This document shows, in pieces, positions 45,819-54,600 of a stretch of 56,644 nucleotides of DNA (its first letter is position 1; every line of letters starts with the position of its first letter). A program made the translations under genes and the position numbers. Below the pieces are notes generated by a model that searched no databases, was not told where the DNA came from, and saw nothing but the letters and a program-made list of their open reading frames with translations. This stretch comes from Candidatus Omnitrophota bacterium. GTDB taxonomy: Bacteria; Omnitrophota; Gorgyraeia; Gygaellales; Profunditerraquicolaceae. The DNA is taken from positions 1-56,644 of the forward strand of contig JBAZGW010000002.1 of NCBI GenBank assembly GCA_041652635.1. Reading direction: 5' to 3'.

Positions 45819-46733
45819 CTATTCGGTATCCGAAGAATCATCTGAAGATTCTTCTCCGGAAGCCCCTTGTTCCCATGTATAAGATTCTTTCTCAAGATAC
45901 CAGCCGCTCTCCTCGTCAAAGGTGAAAGTAGCCGTATAATCCGTCATACCGAGAGTTACCGTCCCACCCGCACTGGTTATCGCCACCCTTGTACCTGTGG
46001 CCGTCTGCGAGACGCCGGTGATAACACCGTTGTCGTCGCGCGTATAGGTCTTTATCCGGGTAATGCTTTCCGAACTGCCGTCAACCCCGGTATTCTTGGA
46101 AACGGTTGTTTCTTTGCTGACCTGCCAGGTACCGGCGACCAATTCATATTCGGTAGTGCTTGTCTGGGTTATGTCGCCTTTCTTGGTGCCGTCTGATCCG
46201 TAACTTTCACCGGTTGTCTCGGATTTGGTGCGCAAAGCCTGTCCGTTACGGATGGTGTAAGAATCGGTTGTCGAGGTTTTGTATGTGCCGATCGCTTCTC
46301 CATTATCGTCTGTTCCACTGTCCCCGGTAGTGCTTGATGTCCCTGAAGCGCCTTTCAATTTACCGGTTCCGTCGGCGTATTCATACGTAATGGTGAATGT
46401 GGTCGCGGAGGATGAATCATCCGTTCCGTCGGTATTGGATGTCCCTTCGATCTTAGCGACCTTTATGCTGCCGCCGCGCCATTCGGAAGTTACGGTCTGG
46501 GTGGTTATCGTAGTGGAAGTCTCATCCTTGCTATTGGTAGTTGTTGTGGTAGTCGTAGTTGTCTCTGTGCCGTTTATCTGCACACCGTAATTATTGTAGA
46601 CGTTCTCTACTTTTATCACCATTTTCATATCCGTGCTGACGATGCTCGGAGTATCGTCGGCCGCCCGCACAAAATTCTCTCCCGCAAGAACAATAAACGC
46701 GGCTGTCAACGTTAATAAAATGCCTTTTCTCAT
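45819..46733 (-). CDS. Secreted Thr/Ser/Gly/Asp-rich protein (304 aa) with a poly-Thr run
   Basis: Signal peptide 'MRKGILLTLTAAFIVLAGENFVRA', 'TETTTTTTTTTNSKDETSTTITTQT', and an acidic Ser-rich C-terminus. Confidence 0.7.
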   Translation of the reverse strand: MRKGILLTLTAAFIVLAGENFVRAADDTPSIVSTDMKMVIKVENVYNNYGVQINGTETTTTTTTTTNSKDETSTTITTQTVTSEWRGGSIKVAKIEGTSNTDGTDDSSSATTFTITYEYADGTGKLKGASGTSSTTGDSGTDDNGEAIGTYKTSTTDSYTIRNGQALRTKSETTGESYGSDGTKKGDITQTSTTEYELVAGTWQVSKETTVSKNTGVDGSSESITRIKTYTRDDNGVITGVSQTATGTRVAITSAGGTVTLGMTDYTATFTFDEESGWYLEKESYTWEQGASGEESSDDSSDTE

Positions 46734-46762
46734 TTGTTCCTCCCTTCAAGTAAAATCATTAT

Positions 46763-48589
46763 TTATTCCGTTTCTTCCTCGGTATATTTGGTCATTACCG
46801 GCTTGCCGAGGATTACGTCATATTCTTTAGTTATGTTGTTTGTGTATTGATCATGCCAACCGGTGGAACTTGAATTCAAATATCCGGTTTTTGTGCCGCT
46901 GCCGGAGACGCCCGTAAGGTTGGCCGTGTTATTATCATATGTATAAACGGTGACTATATTGGTGTTCTCTAGGTGTTCTTTGTCGGGATCGAGATAAGGA
47001 TAATAGGTCTCGCTTGTTTCACTGCTGGAAAGTACACGCTGTAGATTGTGCACCAAACCATTATCATATGTAACGGTGGACGTGTCCGTTTTATAATTAT
47101 AACCGTCTTCGCCGTTGGTGTAACTTGTGGTTGTGGTTGTTGATTTAGCCATGGGTTTGCCGTAAAGTATTTCCATCTCTGTGGTGCTTTTGCCGCTGTA
47201 GGTATCCCCATCTTTCAGCGTTGTGACCACATCCGCGGCATCGACGCTGACTTCTTCGCTGTCCGTGTTAACGTAGAAATAAGTCCCGTCGTTTTTCTTT
47301 GTCAGGACATTCCCTTCGGAATCAGTGTATTCATACCACTGCGCGGCCTGTCCCTTGAATGTGGTATTGCTGGAGGCATCGGCTAATGTGAATGTTTCGT
47401 CATAGATATAGTCGGTTGTCGTGTCGTCGTTCTGGAAGGAGCCGTCGGCCTTGGTCACGCTTGAAGTCACATTACTTGACGCGATGCGCAGGCCCATAGG
47501 CTCGATATCTTTTCCGAAAGGATCCGGAGTGTCTTCGCGGTAAGTAAATTCGGCTATTGTGTGTGTGGTGACAATATTCCCTTCCCCGGCATCGGCTTCA
47601 GCGGACACGCTGCTGTAATCCACTTTAGTCGTATCGTCGAAAGAAAGCACCTGCCCGCGCCCGTTATATTCGATATCCTTGCGTTCAGACGTGTAGTCCA
47701 GCCCGTCTGTCCCGGTGCCTTTTTCGTAGTAATATGAGGGGCGGTCAATGCGCCCGCCGGCATATTCTATGTTTGAACGGACGAACTCGCTGGTCCCGTA
47801 AACACTATCCACCGTTTTTTGGCTGTAAGATAACTGATACTTGTTGCTGGGGTCATAACTGATCGCTTTCCATTGCGTGTCTGTCGTATTGCCTACAGAA
47901 TCCGTTTCCTTCATATTATATTCGGAGTAGCTTTTATAGGCGTTGGTTTCAGCATTGGCGTAAAATAAAGACCCCGGCAGGTAAGTGCCGGTCCAGGAAA
48001 AAGTGCTTTTATTCCCTAAATTATCGATCGCGTCTCCTTCATAGCTCGTCAATAAGCGGTCATCATTATATTGCATATCATAGGTAGAGTTAATTGTTTT
48101 ATTGCCTAATTCATCTACCTTAACGCGATTTACGCTGGTAGTAAGCAAACCATCGGTAAAATAATCGGTGCCTTTATCGGTGTAAGTGACGTAATTGAAT
48201 TCGCCGTTAGCGGCGGCGTTCTTCTCGCACTGTTGGCGGTTCTCTATGGCGGTTTGTTTTATATTAGCAGATGCCTCCTGCCGTAGATATTCCGCCATAT
48301 TAACCCCGGAACTTGAAATAGGGGCGGCAGCTGTTGTATATTTGAGCATGGTTTCTATAACCTTTTGGTTCTCAACGCGTTCCAGATTGCGGCGGTCGAT
48401 TTTCACGAACACATCGGGAGAATATCCGGAATTGATCACCTTGTTTATATAATCCCAGTAACTTTTTCCATTAAGGTATTCAGGAGAGTATTCTTCTACG
48501 GCAGCGGGGGAGTTGACTGAAGCTAAAGCCAGAATAAAAGAAGTTAGAAAGACTATTTTACTCAGGCTATAAGGCTTTTTATAGTTCAT
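46763..48589 (-). CDS. Secreted Thr/Tyr/Asp/Asn-rich protein (about 608 aa) with YD-like beta-hairpin periodicity
   Basis: Signal peptide 'MNYKKPYSLSKIVFLTSFILALASVNSPA' from the ATG at 48589 (the track start at 48640 is a TTG). Recurrent 'Y.Y....G......' strings such as 'IEYNGRGQVLSF'. Confidence 0.7.
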   Translation of the reverse strand: MNYKKPYSLSKIVFLTSFILALASVNSPAAVEEYSPEYLNGKSYWDYINKVINSGYSPDVFVKIDRRNLERVENQKVIETMLKYTTAAAPISSSGVNMAEYLRQEASANIKQTAIENRQQCEKNAAANGEFNYVTYTDKGTDYFTDGLLTTSVNRVKVDELGNKTINSTYDMQYNDDRLLTSYEGDAIDNLGNKSTFSWTGTYLPGSLFYANAETNAYKSYSEYNMKETDSVGNTTDTQWKAISYDPSNKYQLSYSQKTVDSVYGTSEFVRSNIEYAGGRIDRPSYYYEKGTGTDGLDYTSERKDIEYNGRGQVLSFDDTTKVDYSSVSAEADAGEGNIVTTHTIAEFTYREDTPDPFGKDIEPMGLRIASSNVTSSVTKADGSFQNDDTTTDYIYDETFTLADASSNTTFKGQAAQWYEYTDSEGNVLTKKNDGTYFYVNTDSEEVSVDAADVVTTLKDGDTYSGKSTTEMEILYGKPMAKSTTTTTSYTNGEDGYNYKTDTSTVTYDNGLVHNLQRVLSSSETSETYYPYLDPDKEHLENTNIVTVYTYDNNTANLTGVSGSGTKTGYLNSSSTGWHDQYTNNITKEYDVILGKPVMTKYTEEETE

Positions 48590-49025
48590 ATCTTCTGCCT
48601 TTCCCAAAAAAAACCGGGTTTTACCTTTTCCTTCTTTCAAGGTAACCCGGATAATAAAAGCAAAGATAACGCATTGCCAATACGCTACCCTTTACGATCC
48701 GTGGCTACTGTCCGGTATAGAGGATATACTGGACATATCGAAGGATAAGCAATACTTTTTAAAAGTATTAACTAACACATAGAATATACACTATTTTAGT
48801 GGAAATTTCAAGTTTTTTTGGTAGCTATTGTTTTGGTTTACTTAAGTTTTTATTATGTAACAACAGACTATGTAATAAGTTACAAAAGAGTTTGTAATTA
48901 TGAGTTTCTTAGTAATGCTTGGCCTAAAAATGTAAATGTGATGATGTTGGAATAAACCGTAGATCAAGAAGCGAGGGGGAGCGGGGGAAATGGATACAGA
49001 GCCATTATATATAGGTAAGGGATGA

Positions 49026-50876
49026 CTATATCCGGATGCCGTATCCGCAGGCTTTTTTCAAATTAGCCAGAGATATATGGTAATTGGCCAAGGCCTGAAA
49101 GTATTTGGTTTGCGCGTCGCATAAGTTATAAAGTGATTCCATGGAGTTTGAGAGAGCGACTTCCGCGACTTTTGAACGTATCTTTATCAGTTCGGCTTCT
49201 TTGCGCCGGAATTCCATTTCTGTCTCGGTGGCATTAAGTTGCAGAAGCGCCTTTTGGTAATTGAGGAAAGCATCCTGGACCTCAAAAGTAATTGTTTTAT
49301 TGGTCTGGTCTTTATCACTTATCGAGCGGTGTAGATCAATATCCGACTTTTTCCTGTCGTAGATCCGTTTTATGTTATCCATTACATTGAGCTCGAAATT
49401 CTCGGAAGTGGATTTTGTCGGGGAAGTCTGTCCGAACCTGGGCTGGCTATTCTCGGAAGTAATTGAACTGTTGATTGTGCTGGCGCCCCAGGGTTTGCTG
49501 ACCTTCAATCCCACATACCAGTTGTTTGCGTCACGCATAGGTTCGGTTTTATAGGCGCCTTCATAATAGCCGTAAGAACCGCTTAAATCCACAGTAAACG
49601 CGTTCTTGCCTTTTTCTATTCTCTGCCCGTATTCCTGGAATTTGATCATTAATTCGCTTAATGCCAGTTCCGGGCGGTATTGTAAGCCGGCTTTAATGCA
49701 GTCTTCCAGTTTGAGGTCTAAACGTTTCGCTTCCAGCTCATCGGTATGTATAAAAGGATTGTCTTTGGCGTTGAGCACTTGTTTAAAAGTTAATTCCGCC
49801 ATAAATAAATCCTGTTTTATCCCGTTTATTTGAAAAACGATCTGGTTATACCAGTTTTTAACGCTGGTTAACTCTAGTTTTATGATCATGCCGGCATCGA
49901 ATAACTTTTGCACCTGATCTACAATTTCATTCGCTTCCTCTTTTATGGTATCTTTTGCCGATAGATTCATTTTTGCCGCAACTAAGTTATAGAAAGCAGT
50001 TTCCGTTTTATTCATAGTGTCTATGCGGAGGCGGTCGTAGTTCTTTTTTGTGATGTCGAGGTTGGTTTTTGCCTGTAAATAAGTATTTCTAAGCCGGTCT
50101 CCATAATATATAGGCTGATCCAACTGCAGTTTGACTTCGCGTTCTTCATATTCCACCTTGTATACCTCACCGGCCGTATTATACCCCAGGACTTTAACAG
50201 CGGGGTAGATGTTCCTAACCGCTTCCATTACTTTTATTTGCGCTAATTCTATCTCTTCTCTGGCTACCTGAGAAGGCTCGTTGTTCTTCACCGCGATATT
50301 TAAGAAACGGTTGATTTCATCTTCGGTCGCCTGTGAAACCGGTTTCTGCAGGGTTTTGGGCTCGGAAGTTTTTTGAGGCAGGGGAGGGATGACAGCGGCG
50401 GCCTTTGTGACCTGAGGCGTAACCATCGTGGGTGTGTTGTTGAACGGCAAGCTTGGCGGCAGGTCAACGCCCGCAAATACATCTGTGTAATTGTCCGTAT
50501 TCTCTTGGAAAGAAGAATTCCTATAAGTTATGGGTATTGTTACTTGGAAATCCTTGGGGCTGTTGTATCCCTGGGGGATCGGCAATGGGCTGGCGTTACG
50601 AACGCTCAATATAGCCGCGGCGTCAAGCAGGGCGTGTCCGGAAGATTGCGCTATATCAATGTTCTTGATCCTGCCGTCATTCGATAGGAGCAACTTTATT
50701 TTGACAATGCCTTCAAGGTTTTGGATAGCTGCTTTGGGGGGGTAAATAAGCTGGGAGTATATCTTTTCCTGCAAGATATTCAGATAAGCCGAACTGGGTT
50801 CAAAGTTCCCATGGGCAGGGTTTATCGGAGGCATAACCAAGAACGCCAACAGAAATATTAGTGATTTCCGGCGCAT
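49026..50876 (-). CDS. TonB C-terminal domain fused to a TolC-like outer membrane efflux protein (616 aa)
   Basis: Signal peptide. 'YPPKAAIQNLEGIVKIKLLLSNDGRIKNIDIAQSSGHALLDAAAILSVRNASPLP' is TonB_C-like (about 50523..50789). A Pro/Thr linker follows, then about 420 aa of OEP/TolC-type repeats. Confidence 0.75.
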   Translation of the reverse strand: MRRKSLIFLLAFLVMPPINPAHGNFEPSSAYLNILQEKIYSQLIYPPKAAIQNLEGIVKIKLLLSNDGRIKNIDIAQSSGHALLDAAAILSVRNASPLPIPQGYNSPKDFQVTIPITYRNSSFQENTDNYTDVFAGVDLPPSLPFNNTPTMVTPQVTKAAAVIPPLPQKTSEPKTLQKPVSQATEDEINRFLNIAVKNNEPSQVAREEIELAQIKVMEAVRNIYPAVKVLGYNTAGEVYKVEYEEREVKLQLDQPIYYGDRLRNTYLQAKTNLDITKKNYDRLRIDTMNKTETAFYNLVAAKMNLSAKDTIKEEANEIVDQVQKLFDAGMIIKLELTSVKNWYNQIVFQINGIKQDLFMAELTFKQVLNAKDNPFIHTDELEAKRLDLKLEDCIKAGLQYRPELALSELMIKFQEYGQRIEKGKNAFTVDLSGSYGYYEGAYKTEPMRDANNWYVGLKVSKPWGASTINSSITSENSQPRFGQTSPTKSTSENFELNVMDNIKRIYDRKKSDIDLHRSISDKDQTNKTITFEVQDAFLNYQKALLQLNATETEMEFRRKEAELIKIRSKVAEVALSNSMESLYNLCDAQTKYFQALANYHISLANLKKACGYGIRI

Positions 50877-50938
50877 AGAGTATTTAACTATGATACGGTT
50901 GCAATAGTAGTCTTAAGCATATCATATGATTGAATAGA

Positions 50939-50967
50939 AGTATATTATAGTGCGGGAATATTGTCAA
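50939..50967 (-). promoter_or_regulatory. sigma70-type promoter for the TonB_C-TolC gene
   Basis: On the minus strand: TTGACA (50967-62), a 17-nt spacer, then TATACT (50944-39). Confidence 0.5.
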
Positions 50968-51043
50968 GACTTTTCTTGTATGTTTAGGTGATACGGTTAG
51001 TCCTGTTGAGAGAATAACGCTTATTTCAGGCATTTGGCGTATC

Positions 51044-51072
51044 TTGACAGTGGGGTGTTTCTATGTTATATT
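51044..51072 (+). promoter_or_regulatory. sigma70-type promoter giving an apparently leaderless mRNA
   Basis: TTGACA (51044-49), a 17-nt spacer, then TATATT (51067-72). The ATG at 51080 lies 7 nt after the -10 box, and there is no SD sequence. Confidence 0.55.
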
Positions 51073-51079
51073 TTTGTTT

Positions 51080-51400
51080 ATGAGATGCAAAATATGTAAT
51101 AAAGAATTTTCACCAAGTAAATATAATCCATCTCAACAGACCTGTTCTTCTCTTGAGTGCCAGCATTTGCGGCAAGTTCTGAATGAACGGGAATGGCGGG
51201 AGAGGAATCCGGATTATTTTCGTTGCCATGGACAGGATCAGGTTTGGCAGGAAAACAGGTATAGATATGTTAAGCTTTGGAGATTATCCCACCGTGATTA
51301 TCTGCGTGAGTATGCTAAAAATCATGCCCCTCAGCGACGGGAATACATGCGTGAATATATGCGCAGGTATCGTCAGTCCGTCCGCCAGCCTGTAGTGTAA
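51080..51400 (+). CDS. Zn-ribbon / Arg-Tyr-rich small protein (106 aa)
   Basis: 'CKICNK...CSSLEC' is a four-Cys motif. The basic C-terminus has reiterated 'REY' units ('LREYAKNHAPQRREYMREYMRRYR'). Confidence 0.6.
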   Translation: MRCKICNKEFSPSKYNPSQQTCSSLECQHLRQVLNEREWRERNPDYFRCHGQDQVWQENRYRYVKLWRLSHRDYLREYAKNHAPQRREYMREYMRRYRQSVRQPVV

Positions 51401-51426
51401 GACAAAACAAAAGTTAGTTTATTTTC

Positions 51427-51455
51427 TTGACATCATCAAGGGCAGTAGATATAAT
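51427..51455 (+). promoter_or_regulatory. Consensus sigma70 promoter of the giant gene
   Basis: Perfect TTGACA (51427-32), a 17-nt spacer, then TATAAT (51450-55). Confidence 0.65.
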
Positions 51456-51663
51456 TTAGGTGGATGAAAGTTTTATAAACGTTTTAAAATCATTAAAAGA
51501 ACTTTTATCCAAGCCTATACCTGAGAAATCAGATATAGGAAAGCCGCGGATCCAAAAAGGGATTATACTCTTTCTTTTAGGACCGGGCTTAGTTTCTGAA
51601 ATAGCTCGGTTTTTTGGTGTGTGGGGTGTATCAAGGGGTGTGTCGCAAGGGTGTGGGGGAGAA

Positions 51664-54600
51664 ATGAGTAGTTGGAGGGGGAAACTCTGGTTAAAAGCCA
51701 TTGCTTTGGCAGTTGCCGGCATCTTCGCTTTCTCGGAAGTTACCTGGGCTGCCAGAACAGACTTTATTTTGCCTTCCGTCGTTACTAATCGTAATATTCC
51801 TTCAGCCCAACAGAATCAAGCTCCTGTAAAGAAAAGTTTACTTGAAACCTTTAATGAAATATATACGAATTTCTCTTCTGTCCTTTTCCCATTCGCTCAT
51901 GCCGAAGTAATCAAGGAAGCTGTAGAGTCTGATCTTATTAGCATCTTCAACCGTATCAATAGGGGAGGGGAAGAATACAGCAATACCTCCGACCGTATCA
52001 CCAAATCCGAAGAAATATGTGGCTTAGCCGACACTGCTACTGTTAGACAGTCTGACCGTATCATCACAAAGTTCTCCCAAAAAGAGTCCGGCAAAGTAAT
52101 TGCTCAGACCGTATCAGGAAAGAAAGCGCAGGAATTACAACCATATCAGATAATGTCCGCATTTTTTAATGAAGCGCGGAAGATCGAGTCAACCGTATAT
52201 CAGTCTACTTCCGATAGCTTCTACTATAACCTGGCTGACTTAAAGTCCCGGCAGGCTGTGGTAGAGACTTTACAGATCCCTACCGATTGTCTTGATAGAA
52301 GCGTTTATTTGTTCAGGGTTGCCGGAAAATTTAACCTTGCTCCGGAAATCGTAATAATTAAGGATAAGAAAGCAAATATCGGGCATGCCTTGTTGGCAAT
52401 TAATGATTCCGGCACAAATAAAAGAGTCATTATTGAAACCACGGCTAAGAAAGCCGATAATGGTAACGGCTCAGGTTATCTTTCCTCCTACCTTAATAAA
52501 GGATGCGAGGTTTTGACTATCGCAAGATCATTGAAGGAATTGACAGCTTTCCTTAATAAAGAAGGCAGGGGGATCAGCATTGCTTGGGGAGATGGCTGGG
52601 GATCGGCGGCCAGCTCTCAGGCTTCCAGCGGCAGTTATTCAACGGGTAGTTTCACGGCAGGAAGTGACAGCGGCACAGGCAGCACTATTTCAAGTTCCGG
52701 GTCATCTTCCTGGTATTCTGTCAGCAGTTTTTCCGATTCCTCCTCTTTTTCTTACTCTACCGCTGTAATTCCTTCTTTAAGCTCTACCTGGGACACCAGC
52801 AGTCTTTATGGCAGCTTTGGCAGTTTTATTTCCGATTATTCAATCGGCAGTTCATTCAGCCTTCCTTCTACCGGGGTATTTTCGTTTGTTTATTCCACCA
52901 TTTCGTCTTCCTTTGATTATGTCTATTCAAATACCGCTACTACTTCAAGCGTCCCGTCTTTTAATATAGTTGTAACCGACAATATCCCAAGCTTTTCTTT
53001 CTCTGCATTAGCTTCAGGGGATACTTTCAGCGCTTCCTATGATACAGACAGTCAGACTTTGTCTATTCCCGCTCAAACCATCGCAAATATAAGTAGCGTG
53101 TTGGGGAAAGACGCCACACAAACGGAATACGAAGCCGCATTTTATTATTTAGGAGTAAAGACATTCAGAGAATCTCAGGATAGCGTTTTTCAGGCGGATG
53201 CTGATTCGGATGGATTGACCAAGGGGGCGGTATCGGCTCATTCAGCCGTATTGAAACAGGCGGGCGAGAGTTTCGCGGCCGGCAGTATCGGCAGTCAGGA
53301 ATGGAGCGAGGGATATACCTGGTTGGAGACAGGCAGGCAGTTGCTTGAGGCCGAGACTGTCACTAAGAGCACGGAAAGCATGCAGTTGTATTCGGCGTAT
53401 TCCGTCTCTCTTGGTGACCAATATTTCCTGGAAGCGGAAAGTGCTGAGAAAACCGGGGATTACGCCAGGGCTTCTGAAAGATACGCCGAGGCGGCAAAAC
53501 AGTTTGAATTGGCTTTCAACGCGGATCAGGGAGTTTCCTTGAATAATCTGGTGGATGCTTCCTTAATTACCCTTATCGGGGAAACTTATAGCAAGATCGG
53601 GGAAACCGATAAAGCCCTGGAGTTGTATTCATTGGCATTGCAACATACCTCTAACTATAAACCCGCGCAGTTCCTGCTTGAACAATTAGAGAAAGGTAAT
53701 GTGGGTATCGGACAGGATAATGCCGTTGAACCTAGATATGCCTGTCAGTCAATGTCGCTTTGTTTAATCCGCAGCGCTTTCAGAGAAACTAAGTTGGATA
53801 TTACGCAGGATAGCCAGCAGGTAGAGCTTATCGCGGTTACAAGTGATTCGGCTAATATAGCGTCAGGCAGCGTTTCGGAAGGCAGGATGCAGATTCAGTC
53901 GCTGGATGACTTGGCACAGGAAAACAGCGGCGGGATATCGATCGTGTTCGCTCCCGGGACGGACGTAACGGCCCAGCAGCAGAAAGTTGAAGGAATAGAT
54001 GTTCAGTTAGGGACCGCGCAGGAAGCGTTGACTCTGGCTGAGAATACAGAGCTTACCACCGAAGGCAAAACGAAAATAGTCAGCGTGGATTTCGGTATGG
54101 ATTCCAGTATCGTTGATTCCCAGGCCGATAGGGGACTGGTGATCACAGGATCAAACGAGAACGTCGTGATCTCCGGCGTCAACGCCGGTGGAACATTGGT
54201 TATAGAGAACAATGATGACCTGGTGGTATCCGGCCTAACGGCGGGAATGGATATTACGCTCGTTGATTCAAAGGAGAGCGCGGTAAGCGATATCGAAGCA
54301 TTGACCGGTAGTATCACCATAGATACGGTAACCGGATCAAGTATAGATACGGTAACGGCAGAAGGTGATGTCCGGTTAAGCGAAGTCAACGGGTCAACTT
54401 TAAGTGATTTAACTGCGGAAGCCGGCGATGTGTCGGTTTCACAAGTGAGCGATTCAACCATAAATAGCGTTTCTTCATTGACCGGGGATATCAAAATAGA
54501 GGAAGTCGTGTCTTCTAATATCGGTGATATCGAGGCCGGCGAAGATGTAAGGTTGACCGATATAACCGGTTCCACGGTCAACAGTTTAAGCGCGGAAGCC

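Noticed and set aside
51456-51722. 88-aa minus-strand ORF
   Set aside because: It lies antisense to the promoter-proximal leader and signal-peptide region of the giant gene. Its Pro- and His-rich translation derives from the complement of the G-tracts, and it has no expression signals.
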